In this document: one piece after another, positions 1-11,475 of the stretch
Position numbering within the stretch: the stretch's first letter is position 1
Layout of the letters: each line of letters starts with the position of its first letter
Assembly (NCBI RefSeq): GCF_902713615.1
Contig: NW_024056027.1
Coordinates: 186,001 to 250,000, forward strand
Direction of reading: 5' to 3'
DNA from: Scyliorhinus canicula
Taxonomy: Eukaryota
Length of the DNA: 64,000 nucleotides
Program-made: the position numbers and the translations under genes
Notes under the pieces: generated by a model
The model's database searches: none
What the model saw: the letters and a program-made list of their open reading frames with translations, nothing else
What the model was told of the DNA's origin: nothing

Positions 1-465
1 CGGGGTGTGGGGGGGGGGGGGGGGGGGGCACACGGAGCCTGGGAAATTGTATTAAGCTGGGTAAAGTATAGGGAGCCTGGGAAACGGTAGCGAGCTGGGG
101 TGGGGGGGGGGGGGGGGGGACACATGGAGCCTGGGAAATGGCATAAAGCTGGGTTAAAGTATAGGGAGCCTGGGAAATACGAGAGCTGAGTAGTGAGCAG
201 GTGAAATGGGCAGAGAGCTGAGCGCAGACAGGGGAGAGAATCTGCAGGAACACGGGGAAAAGTGGTAATTGATGGGCCAAAGCCAATAATCAGGGGGCAA
301 AGTGCCATGTTCTGGGGAAAAGCACAAAGAGCAAGTGGAAAGTTCCAGAAGCTGAGGCAAAGAGCAAACAACCTGGAAAGGTGCAGCTGGGCAAATTACA
401 GAAGTGGAGGAAAGATCAGAGAGCTGGGAAAAGCGCAGAGAGCTGGGAAAAGGACAGGAAGCTGG
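1..465 (+). repeat. G-rich, AGCT-dense tract with a ~90-bp tandem duplication, upstream of Cmu1
   Basis: Two poly-G + GAGCCTGGGAAA...AAGCTGGG units (about 10-100 and 101-190); 10 AGCT sites at 55, 93, 147, 184, 217, 350, 385, 422, 441, 460. Confidence 0.8.
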
Positions 466-595
466 TTATCACGGATACATGGAATGCGGAGTCCATCCCA
501 CAAACTGCTCCGCCATAATCATATTGAATGGTGCAGGAGACCTGAGGGACCGAATGGCCGCATCCCGCTTTTAATGTCCAGGGTCCTGTAATTGG
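462..595 (+). mobile_element. Degenerate CR1 3' end fragment
   Basis: ...ggatacatggaatg...atcatattgaatgg...gaccgaatggcc resembles the CR1 tails elsewhere in the window. Confidence 0.5.
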
Positions 596-1127
596 AGAAT
601 TTTGGAGTTACTTGCACATGTGCTCAAACGTAGAATTTTATAGTCATTATGTAAATACCTGGATGATTTTTCTGAAGCAAAGTCACGGGGAGTGGGGGTA
701 GTGAGGTGGAGAGAGGGGGGACATCAGTCAGTTTGAACACAGGCAATTTCCAAACAGCAATGACCGAAATGAAGAGACAACTTCTTTATCACAAAGTGCT
801 GTTGGTGGAAAAAACATTGGTGTCATAAATAATGGGGGAAACCCTCCGCTCTGCTCATTGAAAGGAATGAATGGTACATTTTCAGATGACACCATAATGC
901 TAATTTCTGCAAGGTGTTAGAAATGGAGAAAGAGATGTGAGTTTCTAAAGAGGGAATAAACAAATGGTGATTCTCAAAAGTTCGAAGTAACAGAAGCTCA
1001 AGTATGGATGCAGTTTTAATGCGAACGGTTTATGATAAATTTGTAACTTTATCCAAATTCTAAGTTGTATGATATCTTAATGACAAATCCCAGAGTCTAA
1101 CTTGTTCAATTGGCCATTCTCTCCCAG

Positions 1128-1424
1128 CGACACCGTCTCCACCCACTCTCTACAGCCTGGTCTCCTGTCAGCAACACAACACCGACGGCTCCGTCACCTA
1201 CGGCTGTTTGGCGATGGACTACTCCCCAGAAATCACCAGCCTTACCTGGAAGAAAGATGGGCAGCTGATCAGCACTGGAGTTAAGGAATACCCGTCAGTG
1301 AGAAACAAGAAGGGAACCTACACCCTGAGCAGCCAGTTAACCATCACCGAGTCAGAGGGGGAATGCAACAAAATCAGCTGTGAGGTTCGACACAGCGGCT
1401 CAGACAAGAGCATTGGAATGACAT
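1128..1424 (+). CDS. IGHM: IgM heavy chain Cmu1 exon
   Basis: Acceptor ctcccAG at 1126-1127, donor GTaagt at 1425; 297 nt, phase 1; [14 protein letters not shown]...[10 protein letters not shown]...TWKK...ISCEVRH, a C1-set Ig fold typical of shark Cmu1. Confidence 0.95.
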
Positions 1425-1625
1425 GTAAGTGTTATGGAAACTGTGCGAAGCAGAACCGCTGTGATTACTTTATTTACACCTTTGGCTGTAACATATTTAT
1501 GATAAAGTGTGCCGTTCTGATTCCTGAGGAAAATATTGGCCGCAGAGAAACAGTTAAAATATAATAAATCATTTTATTTATCACACCATCTTCTGCAAGA
1601 AATGTCTAAATTGTGTTTCTTGAAG

Positions 1626-1934
1626 GCCCGCCTGGTGTCCCTCCACATGTTATCCTCACCGTGAGTTCCAGTGAAGAAATCACAAGACAGAAATTTGCAA
1701 CCATCGTCTGTTCAATTAACGATTTCCAGACAAATTCAATCACGGTGAAGTGGCTGAAGAATGGACAACCCATGGGTTCAGGAATTATCACCTCTCCCGC
1801 CTGTGAAGTGAACGGGAACTTCTCGGCGAACAGTCGGCTGACACTCTCCGCTGGGGAATGGTTCAGCAAAGCGGTCTATACCTGCCAGGTCACTCATCAA
1901 GAGGTCACCCAAAGTCACAACATCACCGCGTCTG
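1626..1934 (+). CDS. IGHM: IgM heavy chain Cmu2 exon
   Basis: tgaAG acceptor, GTaaga donor at 1935; 309 nt; ATIVC...VKWLKNG...YTCQVTH. Confidence 0.95.
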
Positions 1935-2564
1935 GTAAGAGACACAAACAGAGGAAACAATAAATCATCCTGCACTCTGATGTTAATCCAAATCAGGAAT
2001 TTATTAAAATCAGGACAAAGCACAGAATAACTTCTAATTTACTGCCATGTAGTTTGTGTTTCATTCTGATGTAAGAGCTGCATTAGGATTGCTCACCATT
2101 CAGGATTTGATCAGCAGAGAAATAAATGTTTCCCTCTAATTTGAAGTCATTTAGTGAGTGAGGTGGATTTGATATCAGCCTATCCTGAGACAGCTGATTA
2201 TATTTGAGAGGCAGTGGGTGTCTGAACCCCTTTATTGATAACAGCTCCAAGGAAAATTGTTGGAAAGTTCATTCAACCAATTTGTAAATCAGCCTTCCGT
2301 ATTAGGTTTCCGAGATCAGGATTGGAATATTTGTATTGGGAATGCTGCAATACTCGTTCATTAGAATGCCATTGGTGCTGACTGTATTTCACAATGAGAA
2401 TCGTTTAAGATGACCAAACTGGTTTTCCATTGTGTACAGAAGATTAATGGCGATCATTAGAAGTTTCGAAGTTGATTTATTCCCATTGAGTGAGTGAAGG
2501 CTGAATCCTTCTGTCCTGATTCTGAAGATGAAACTTGTGTTGATTTTCATGTTTTCATTCACAG

Positions 2565-2873
2565 ATCCTTCTGATTGTATTACCGCCTCAGTAACAATAC
2601 TGCCACCACCAATAGAACAGGTCTTACTGGAGGCGACTGTCACCTTAACCTGCGTCATTTCGAATGGTCCTTATGGAGTCAACGTGTCCTGGAGTGAAGC
2701 GAAGAAGCCGCTGAAATCAGAGATTGCCGACCAGCCTGGGGCAGATACTGAGAGCGTGGTCAGCAAATTAAACATCTCGACACAAGCCTGGCTGAGTGGG
2801 GCTGTGTTTGACTGTGTGGCGAGCCATCAGGACCTGCCAACTCCTTTAAGAATTTCAATCCACAAAAAAATAG
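2565..2873 (+). CDS. IGHM: IgM heavy chain Cmu3 exon
   Basis: cacAG acceptor, GTgagc donor at 2874; 309 nt; VTLTC...VSW...[13 protein letters not shown]. Confidence 0.95.
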
Positions 2874-3214
2874 GTGAGCGGTGAAACTGAAGCAATAAGT
2901 GAGTCATTGTGTCTATTTCTGGTGTCAGTGCAGCGGTCAGTATTTAGCATTCAGTGTATTTATGGTCCATTCTGATTGGTAATTCCACGACTAAAAATTT
3001 TGGGCCTGTTGATCTTAAGGGGGAAATTGCTACGTAGATGAAGGAACAATGAATTAAAAGCAGTGATATGGGGTTTAGACAGAGCTAGACCAATGGCCAC
3101 AAGACGTAGGAGCAGACGTAGGCCATTCAGCCCAACAACACTGATCCAGCCTTCAATGAGATCATAACTGATCTGATGTGATGGTCTTCAACTCCTCTTT
3201 CCCGCCTTCTCCCG

Positions 3215-3450
3215 CTGTTACCAGACACCTAAACGACCCCCTAACGGACTGACCTCATTAACACTACACCTCTGTATGCTTCACCCGATGCCGGTGTTAA
3301 GTAGTTACATTGTGTACCTTATGTTGCCCTGTTATGTATTTTATTTTATTTCCCTTTCTTTTCATGTACTTAATGATCTGTTGAGCTGCTCGCAGAAAAA
3401 TACTTTTCACTGTACCTCGGTACACGTGACAATAAACAAAATCCAATCCC
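3215..3450 (+). mobile_element. LINE 3' end (L2-like) in the Cmu3-Cmu4 intron
   Basis: Ends cactgtacctcggtacacgtgacaataaacaaaatccaatcc; the tgacaataa tail is shared with the local SINEs. Confidence 0.5.
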
Positions 3451-4560
3451 ATATCTCTCATTGGTTGAAAATATGTCTCTCTCAACCTTGAACATACTGA
3501 ACAACCCAGAATCTACAGCCCCCTGGGTTAAATAATTCTACAGCTCCCCGACGCTCTGAGAGAGGAAATTCCTTCTCATCTCTGTCTGAAATGGGCGAAC
3601 ATTGACTATGTGATCCTGCACTCTGGTCCGAGATGCTCCCACAAGGGAAAACAATCTCACAGCGACTACACGCCGAAGCTCCCTGAGAATCTTTCATGTC
3701 TCGATTAGGCCACCTTCATTCTTCTAAACTCCAATCAGTCCAGGCCCAGCCTACTTAACCTCTCCCTGGAAGAAAATCCCTCCATCCCTCGTGATCCTTC
3801 TCTGGACTGCCTTCAAAACCAATCTGTCTTCCTTAGGTAAGGGCACGAAAACTATTCAAAGTATATCAGGTGTAGTCTAACTAGTCTAACTAGTCTAACT
3901 TTGTATAGTTTGAGCCAGACGTCCCCATGTTTATATTCTATTCCCTTTGAAATAAATGTCAACATTCAATTTGTCTCCATATTACCTGCAGAACTTGCTT
4001 TGTGTGGTTTCTGCACAAGGGCCCCCAATTCCCCCGTTACTTCAGCTTTCTTCAGTCTTTCTACATCTAAATAATATTCTGTTATGTTCCTCCTCCTACC
4101 AAAGTGTCTAAACTCACATTTCCCTACATTATGTTCCATCTGCCAAGTTTTTACTCAGTAACTTAAGCCACCTCTGTCCCTCTCTAGATTTTCTGTAACC
4201 TCACCACTTGCCTTTATATTTTTGTCATCTCCAGCCGTGGGAATAGTACATTCATTTATTAAACACAGTTTTGAAATTCATGTATATTACATCTACTGGT
4301 TCCCCCTTCTCCAGCCTTCTCCTTATCACCTCGAACAAGGGCAATAAAGTCTTCAGGCATGATTTCCCCTTCACGAAGCCGTGCTGACTCTGTTTGATTA
4401 TATTATGTATTTCGAAATGCTCAGCTATTGGATCTGTTATAATGGACTCGAACCGTTTTCCACTGACAGATGTTAAGGTCCCTGGCCTATAGTTACCTGT
4501 TTTTGACACCCTTCCTTTTGAATAAGGGTGTTACATTGGCAGTTTTCTAATCCTGTTGGG
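3450..4560 (-). mobile_element. CR1 LINE fragments (RT region and 3' end) in the Cmu3-Cmu4 intron
   Basis: ORF 4252-4509: GNYRP..LTSV...SQHGFVKGKSCL...VDVIY, a CR1 RT motif. Confidence 0.85.
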
Positions 4561-4854
4561 GTAAGGTGGGAGGAGCCTGGTTTGGAGTTTAGACACCAGC
4601 ACAGAATAGTTGGGCCGCATGGCCTGTTCCCCTGCTGTACACTTTCTGAAACTTTCGAATCCAATATCCGTAAATTCTCAGGGAAAAGGATTGTGTCCAC
4701 CTCTGCTCCGAGCTTGGAACCCGGACAGATCCCAAAGTGGAAAATGGAAACCTTTAAAATACAACACAAAACACATTTCTCTCACATCTAACCCGCGGTT
4801 CCATTGTCTCCGGGATCCCCCATTTTATTGACGTTTGTTGTACATTTTCTGCAG

Positions 4855-5246
4855 ATCCCAATCCGCGGGAACCGTCCGTCTCTGTCCTCCTGCCCTCGGC
4901 TGAAGACGTCTCCGCTCAGAGATTCGTCTCCCTCAGCTGCTTAGTGAGAGGTTTCTCCCCCCGAGAGATCTTCGTCAAGTGGACCGTCAATGACAAGCCG
5001 GTGAATCCCGGGAACTACAAGAACACCGAGGTGATGGCGGAGAACGGCAATAGCTCCTTCTTCATGTACAGCCTGTTATCCATTGCAGCGGAGGAGTGGG
5101 CCAGCGGCGCTTCTTACTCCTGTGTGGTGGGACATGAAGCCATCCCCTTGAAGATCATCAACAGAACGGTTGATAAATCCAGCGGTAAACCCAGTTTTGT
5201 GAACATTTCCCTCGCTCTGATGGACACCGTTAATTCATGTCAATGA
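4855..5246 (+). CDS. IGHM: IgM heavy chain Cmu4 exon plus secretory tailpiece
   Basis: gcAG acceptor; [17 protein letters not shown]...YSCVVGHEA; internal donor G/GTAAA at 5185 for the membrane form; tailpiece [20 protein letters not shown]-stop with NIS sequon and penultimate Cys. Confidence 0.96.
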
Positions 5247-5273
5247 CAATCTATTGATTATATTTCGAACTAA

Positions 5274-5288
5274 AATAAAAATAATAAA
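5274..5288 (+). terminator. Secretory-form poly(A) signals
   Basis: AATAAA at 5274-5279 and 5283-5288, about 30 nt after the tailpiece stop. Confidence 0.8.
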
Positions 5289-5689
5289 GGTTTTTTCCTC
5301 CAATTGTGATTTAAATACACAGCCGCTTAATTAATGGTGCTTCCACTTTGCTGATATTAGATCTGTTCAATGAGACCCGGATTTCTACAGGTCTCAGCCC
5401 CAAGTCTGATACAATCAGTGCTCCCAGCTCAGATACACCCTGGGTTAGAGACAGAGTAAAACTCATTCATTCCAGGATTCAGCAAAATATCTTCATTGAC
5501 TTTCCTCCCGCTGAGGAGAAATCGGACAATTTCCCACTTCAGACAAACAAACACATCACATTTAGATCGCGGTGTTCCTGCTTCTGTCATTGTCCATTCC
5601 TTTAAAATTAATGTCAGCTTTAAGTTGCTGTATCACACCCACTGGGAACTGAATTGAGGGTCACACAGAAACATGGACCGATAATCCCC

Positions 5690-6680
5690 AGTCAAAGAGA
5701 GGGGAGGGGCTTTAGTTAATCCACTGTACCCCCACTTCCACAATAGAGAGAGGGGGAGGGGCATTAGTTAATGCACTGTAACCCCACTTCCCCAATAGAG
5801 AGAGAGGGAGGGGCATTAGTTAAACCACTGTCTTCCCACTTCCCCAACAAAGAGAGGGGAGGGGCTTTAGTTAATCCACTGTACCCCCACTTCCACAATA
5901 GAGAGAGGGGGCGGAGCATTAGTTAATGCACTGTAACCCCACTTCCCCAATAGAGAGAGAGGGAGGGGCATTAGTTGATGCACTGTACCCCCACTTCACC
6001 AATAGAGAGAGGGGGAGGGGCATTAGTTAATCCACTGTACCCCACTTCCTCAACAGAGGGGGGGAGGGGCATTAGTTAATCCACTGTACCCCCACTTCAC
6101 CAATAGAGAGAGTGGGAGGGGCATTAGTTAATGCACTGTACCCCCACTTCCTCAACAGAGGCAGGGGGAGGGGCATTAGTTAATGCACTGTACCCCCACT
6201 TCACCAATAGAGAGAGGGGGAGGGGCACTAGTTAATCCACTGTACCCCCACTTCACCAATAGAGAGATGGGGAGGGGCATTAGTTAAACCACTGTCTCCC
6301 CACTTCCCCAACAAAGAGAGGGGGAGGGGCTTTAGTTAATCCACCGTAACCCAATTCCACAACAAAGAGGGGGAGGGCACTACTTAATGCACTGTACCCC
6401 CACTTCCCCAACAGGGAAAGGGGGAGGGGCTTTAGTTAACGCACTGTACCCCCACTTCCCCAACAGGGAGAGGGGGAGGGGCTTTAGTTAACGCACTGTA
6501 CCCCCACTTCCCAATAGAGAGAGGGGGAGGGGCTTTAGTTAACGCACTGTTCCTCCACTTGCCCAACAAATAATCGTTGGGGGCCTGAGTTAATCCACTG
6601 TCCACCCGCTTCCAAAAATGAGATGGGGATGGGCATTATTTAATCCACTGTACCCACACTTCCCCAACAAAGAGAGCTAA
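5690..6680. repeat. 52-bp minisatellite, about 19 units
   Basis: Unit gagagagggggaggggcattagttaatccactgtacccccacttccccaata; ttagtt recurs at 5712, 5764, 5816, 5867, 5919. Confidence 0.95.
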
Positions 6681-7204
6681 GGGGCAATACTAACCCATTT
6701 TACCTCCACTATCCCGACCAAAAGAGGAGGAAGGTGACGAGTGAACTCTCTGTATCTCCACCTCCAGCAGGGAGAACCCAAAGGCAATTTGCTGAGCTGA
6801 CCAGAGAGAGGGCGATTATTAACTCAATATCTTCCCAGTCCCCAAGCAGGGAGTTTGGAAGTAAACGGTTCTCTAGACTAAGAATTCAGTTACTGACATT
6901 ACAAGACGGTATGTAGCTTACTGGCTGAAGGGTTTAAAAGACCATCATGATCAAGGTGTATTTTTTTAGCACCCTTGTTCCTCTTATCCGTCTGCTAAGA
7001 CCGATTCACCAGAATCCAAATCCAGACTGGTGATTGAATTCTCCCTGGGTTTCACTGTTCTCTCCTGTGGCGCCTTCTTGAGTTTTTGCATTAGGTCACC
7101 TGATGTCAGTTTGCAACTTACACAAAACACATTTATATGCAGAAAGTTCAACATATTCTACATCGGTATCAATAATACCCACAACTGGCAAAGCTACAGG
7201 CAGC

Positions 7205-7600
7205 TGATACAGATACACAGACAGATAAACAGACACAGACACTACACATTCATACACACAGACCCACAGACACTACACATTCATGCATATAGACCCACAA
7301 ACACACACACGCCCACACGTAGACACAAATACACACATAGACACACACATAGAAACACATGCATAAACATACACCCAGGCACAACGAACCACACGTATTT
7401 TGACACAAAAACACACGCAAACGTGCGCAAAAATTCACAAGCATGCACATAAACACAAAAAAACACACGTTTATACACACACAGACACACGTTCACATCT
7501 ACACATACACACACAAATCCACACACACGGCTACACAAATGTACACAGACACATACAACCACATGTCCACACAGATACACAAACATATAAAACCAGACAA
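7205..7600. repeat. (CA)n-rich low-complexity tract, continuing degenerately to about 8540
   Basis: Degenerate acac/cata repeats. Confidence 0.9.
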
Positions 7601-7840
7601 GCAGGCTGACAGAAGAATATGAAACAGAAGTGTAACCAATTACATGTACATTAGCAGAATTTCACGATGACAGAAATATTTCCATTCAAACAGAGACAAT
7701 AATCCACATTAACACACTAATGTGCTCACGTAGACACATATTAGCAGACTTGTACAGACGTTAACACGAACACATATGAATACACATAGAGTCATCAATA
7801 CACATCAATATATAGTTATAAACAACCATCAACGCATAAA

Positions 7841-8170
7841 TAGCACTGCTGCCTCACAGCGCCATAAACCCGACTTCAATTCCAGCCTTGGGTGATTGTC
7901 GGTGGCGAGTTCCCACGTTCTGCCGGGTCTGTTCCTGTTTCCTCCGGGTGCTCCGGTTTCCTCCCACAGTCCAAAGATGTGCAGGTTCGGTGGATTGGCC
8001 AGGCTATATTACCCCTTAGTGCCCACAACGTTAGGTGGGGATACGATGTTCTGGGGACAGGGCAGGGGCATGCGTCCAGGCAGAGTGCTCTTTCCGAGGG
8101 TCGGTGCAGACTCAATGGGCCGAATAGCCTCGTTCGGCACAGTCGGGATTATCCGATGATGATTCTATGA
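7841..8170 (+). mobile_element. HE1/V-type tRNA-derived SINE
   Basis: tagcactgctgcctcacagc head, gtttcctcccacagtccaaagatgtgc core, CR1-like tail gactcaatgggccgaatagcc...ttctatga. Confidence 0.85.
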
Positions 8171-8566
8171 TGAATTACACGCATCAACAAACACACACAC
8201 ACACAAACGTACTTATCCAGACACAAACATTAAGACAATGACATGCATGTTGAACGTATAAAGACACATTAACACTTTTATTACTGGGCAGGGAAGTATA
8301 AACTTATACTAACACAGGCATTAATATATAAACATAGATTTCAACACACAAACACACACAATAAAACACTCATATATACACATTGACTTAAGATAAATTT
8401 ACACACAGGCCCTGACTCACAGATACACAGATCTATACTCATTGACACATGACACATACGATGACACTTTTAAAGACATCGGGACACACAAATAAAGAGT
8501 AAAGAAACACGAATTTCGCATCTACACAGACACAAAAGCTAAAGAACAAACACAAACGTCAGGCAA

Positions 8567-8735
8567 GGGCGGCACGGTGACGCAATGGTTAGCACTGCTG
8601 CCTCACGATCCCGCTCCTGGGTCTCTGTCCCTGTGGATTTTCTCCATGACCCGTGGGTCTCACCCCGACAACCCAAAGATGTGCAGGGTAGGTGGATTGG
8701 CCAGGCTAACTTGCCCCTTAATTGGAAGAAAAAAG
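8567..8735 (+). mobile_element. HE1-type SINE, partial
   Basis: gggcggcacggtgacgcaatggttagcactgctgcctcac head, ccaaagatgtgcagggtaggtggattgg. Confidence 0.75.
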
Positions 8736-8898
8736 TTACAGAGATCGATTTCTGAGTGTCATGAACTCAACAGTAGAAATGCAATGAAAATATATTAAAG
8801 AATGAATTAGCAGCGGGAGAAAATGAAACGAGAATATTAAAAACAAAACGTGTATTAATAAACAATCTGATTATATTTATTTGGCTCTATCCCCGTAG

Positions 8899-9026
8899 AT
8901 ACCACAGACCACACCTGGACTGAAGAAAATGAGGATGATAACGGGAACATCTGGACAACCGCTTCCACATTCATCACCCTGTTCTTCCTGAGCATTTCCT
9001 ACAGCGCTGCAGTCACTCTGGTGAAG
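8899..9026 (+). CDS. IGHM: IgM TM1 exon
   Basis: ccgtAG acceptor, GTgaga donor at 9027; DTTDHTWTEENEDDNGNIWTTASTFITLFFLSISYSAAVTLVK carries the conserved antigen-receptor TM motif; phase matches the 5185 donor; not in the ORF track. Confidence 0.95.
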
Positions 9027-9167
9027 GTGAGAAGATTCAATCCACTCACACTTCAAACTGACAGAAGTTGTTTAAAAACATCTCTAAATGTTTGATTGAT
9101 TAAAAACACTAACATCAATATCACAGATCATAAACATCTGCTTCATCATTTTCTCTCTCTTTTACAG

Positions 9168-9176
9168 ATCAAGTGA
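9168..9176 (+). CDS. IGHM: IgM TM2 exon, coding part (IK-stop; cytoplasmic tail KIK)
   Basis: Polypyrimidine tract + tttacAG, then ATC AAG TGA. Confidence 0.9.
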   Translation: MK

Positions 9177-9585
9177 TCGGTTGACGTTCGGACGCTGTAG
9201 ATTTCCCTCAGCTGTTTATTATGATCTGTGTGTGACACAAATACAATATCTCCTCTTGGTGACTCTAACAGTAAAATTCTCTCAGTTTATTATTCTGCAT
9301 CTGTAACTGAGACAATCATGGACAGTATTTCTGCTTTTCAGTTTAAAATGTACGCGATAATTTTGGCTGTAATGTAATTGTAACTAATAATTTCTTTCAA
9401 TGTCATGTCTAAATAAGTAATTTATCTCGTATCTTGTTCACAACAGTTGCCTTCCCTTTATGTTGAGCTCCTGTTCTCTCTCTCTTGTGCCTGTTACAGG
9501 TGTACATACATTTGGCAGCTCAGAGGGCATGTGTTCTGTTCTCACTGTGACCCTCAATCGTTATGTTCCCTTTTGTAAACATCAA

Positions 9586-9626
9586 AATAAAGTTTTGTGT
9601 AATATTTTCGCTGAAATTTTAATAAA
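9586..9626 (+). terminator. Membrane-form poly(A) signals
   Basis: AATAAA at 9586-9591 and 9621-9626, downstream of TM2. Confidence 0.6.
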
Positions 9627-9991
9627 TATTGAATGAAAAATGAAAAAATAAGACTAATCTGAACTCCTTTCTCTAAGGTCCATCGGCACTGATCCTTTTC
9701 CCCGATTATACAGTTTTCTCCCCTTTCCCAGACAGATATTTCTCACCAGTCCTGTCTGGGATGTGTCTGAACTCAAGGCCCCTCAGTGAAAGAGCCACCA
9801 AGCGGCCCATACGACACCTTGATCTTTGCCTTTTTATGGTAAACACCAGAGATATAATGCCAGCTGAAGAATTCCACAGATTCACTCCCATCTGATGGAA
9901 GAATACTTCCTCGTCTCTGTCCTAAATTTGAGACTCCTTACTCTTAGATTATGCCTCTGGCCCTAGACTCTCCCACAAGATGAAACAAGAT

Positions 9992-10240
9992 GATTTTTCA
10001 GGCTGTGTAACTGGTTAAAGCTCTTTCCACAGTCAGTTCACTGGAACACTCCCACTCAGATGTGTGTGGGCCTCGGGGCTTTTCCAGTCACACTGATGTT
10101 TGAAATCTCTTCCCACAGTCCGAACAGACAAGCACATTGACAGTTTGTGATATTTAGATCCTAATGAATTGAGTGACTGTCAGATCTTGATGTTATATTT
10201 GGTTCGAGTTTCCCAGCTGCCAAACCTCCCGTTCTAATGC
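9992..10240 (-). pseudogene. ZNF-gene pseudo-exon (5' part of a terminal exon), truncated by CR1
   Basis: Reverse complement matches 15240-15500 (gtgactggaaaag...ttccagtgaactgactgtggaaagagctttaaccagttacacagcctgaaaa); acceptor tatttcAG at 10242-10241. Confidence 0.75.
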
Positions 10241-11043
10241 CTGAAATAGAAGTTTACAAAAATGATCACTGTAAGAATGTGGTAGAAATTCACAACAGAT
10301 CATTCTAGTTTCTATCGAACCTTCTTTCCCCTCTTGCTTTCCCCAAGCATGTGGTCCAGTCAAAATAAAAGACCAAAATCAGCTAGAAGTCCCAACAAAA
10401 GTGTAGGGAACCTTCCCAACTGAACCAGAATATTGTTCCCAGTGTCTCTGAAACACTCTGTCCGCTGAGGTATCCACTGGGTGTGGAAGGTGTCAAGCAT
10501 TCCGGTGGATGTCGCATGCTGCCTCTGCAGGGCCACTGGGAATAGAAAAGATCACGGAACAGAAGTCAGCAGCCCGAGTAACCACTCACACACCTCCATA
10601 ATAACAATAATCTTTACTGTCACAAGTAGGCTTATATTAACACTGAAATGAAGTTACTGTGACAAATATTGAGTTAAACACGGACCTGAATAACGAAACT
10701 TTGCAGCCACCTGTGAAGTTTAAATGTTTCGTTGTGTCAGGATGAACCAGCATTTGAGGAGAATGAACTTGAATTGATACAAAGATAAGCATGAGTGAGC
10801 ATCGTAAACTGCTATTGCATCGGGGTGTTCTGGATCTCAGAGTTTTAACCCTGTAGTTAATTGTCAGAGATGCAGTATAATAAACCCTGCACAAAGCAAA
10901 TGTGTGTGTGAGAAGCATCTGAAGCACCAGGAACCAGCTGGACCAACAGAGCTGAATGTCTCCCAATGCAGCCACAAGACTGAACTTATTCCAGCTTCCA
11001 AGCCCACCTCAGACCCAACCTCCTGGCTTTTCATCTACAAGAA

Positions 11044-11475
11044 CGTTTGAGGACTTTGGGTCTGTACTCGTTGGGGTTTAGAAGGGTGAGAGGGGATCTT
11101 ATTGAAACTTACAAGATACTGCGAGGCCTGGATAGAGTGGACATGGAGAGGATGTTTCCACTTGCAGCAAAAAATAGAACCAGAGGACACCATCTCATAC
11201 TAAAGGGACGATCATTTGAAACAGATGAGGAAGAATTTCTTCAGCCAGAGGGTGGTGAATCTGTGGAACACTTTCCCGCAGAAGGCTGTGGAGGCCAATT
11301 CACTGAGTGTCTTTAAGACAGAGATAGATAGGTTCTTTATTAATAAGGGGATCACGGGTTATGGGGAGAAGGCAGGGGAATGGGGATGAAACAATATAAA
11401 CCATGATTGAATGGCAGAGCAGACTCGATGGGCCAAATTGCCTAATTCTGCTCCTATGTCTTATGTCTTATAAGA
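11044..11475 (+). mobile_element. CR1 3' fragment
   Basis: LGLYSL..RRVRGDLIETYKILRGLDRVD plus 3' UTR ending cctatgtcttatg. Confidence 0.9.

Noticed and set aside
262-591. 109-aa ORF upstream of Cmu1 as a V or J segment
   Set aside because: No Ig fold, no WGxG motif, no heptamer-nonamer RSS recognised; it is the G-rich tract plus a CR1 tail
600-1100. Intronic Emu-like enhancer
   Set aside because: An E-box (cacatgtg near 617) is present, but no octamer or clustered muE motifs were recognised; insufficient support
3875-3900. ctagtctaa-type 10-bp repeat x3
   Set aside because: Trivial slippage inside a CR1 fragment
1128-5246. IgW or IgNAR identity
   Set aside because: Four C domains, a Cmu1-type N-terminus with the L-chain Cys, and a tailpiece directly on domain 4 fit IgM
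7030-7609. His/Thr- and Val/Cys-rich ORFs
   Set aside because: Translations of a (CA)n low-complexity tract
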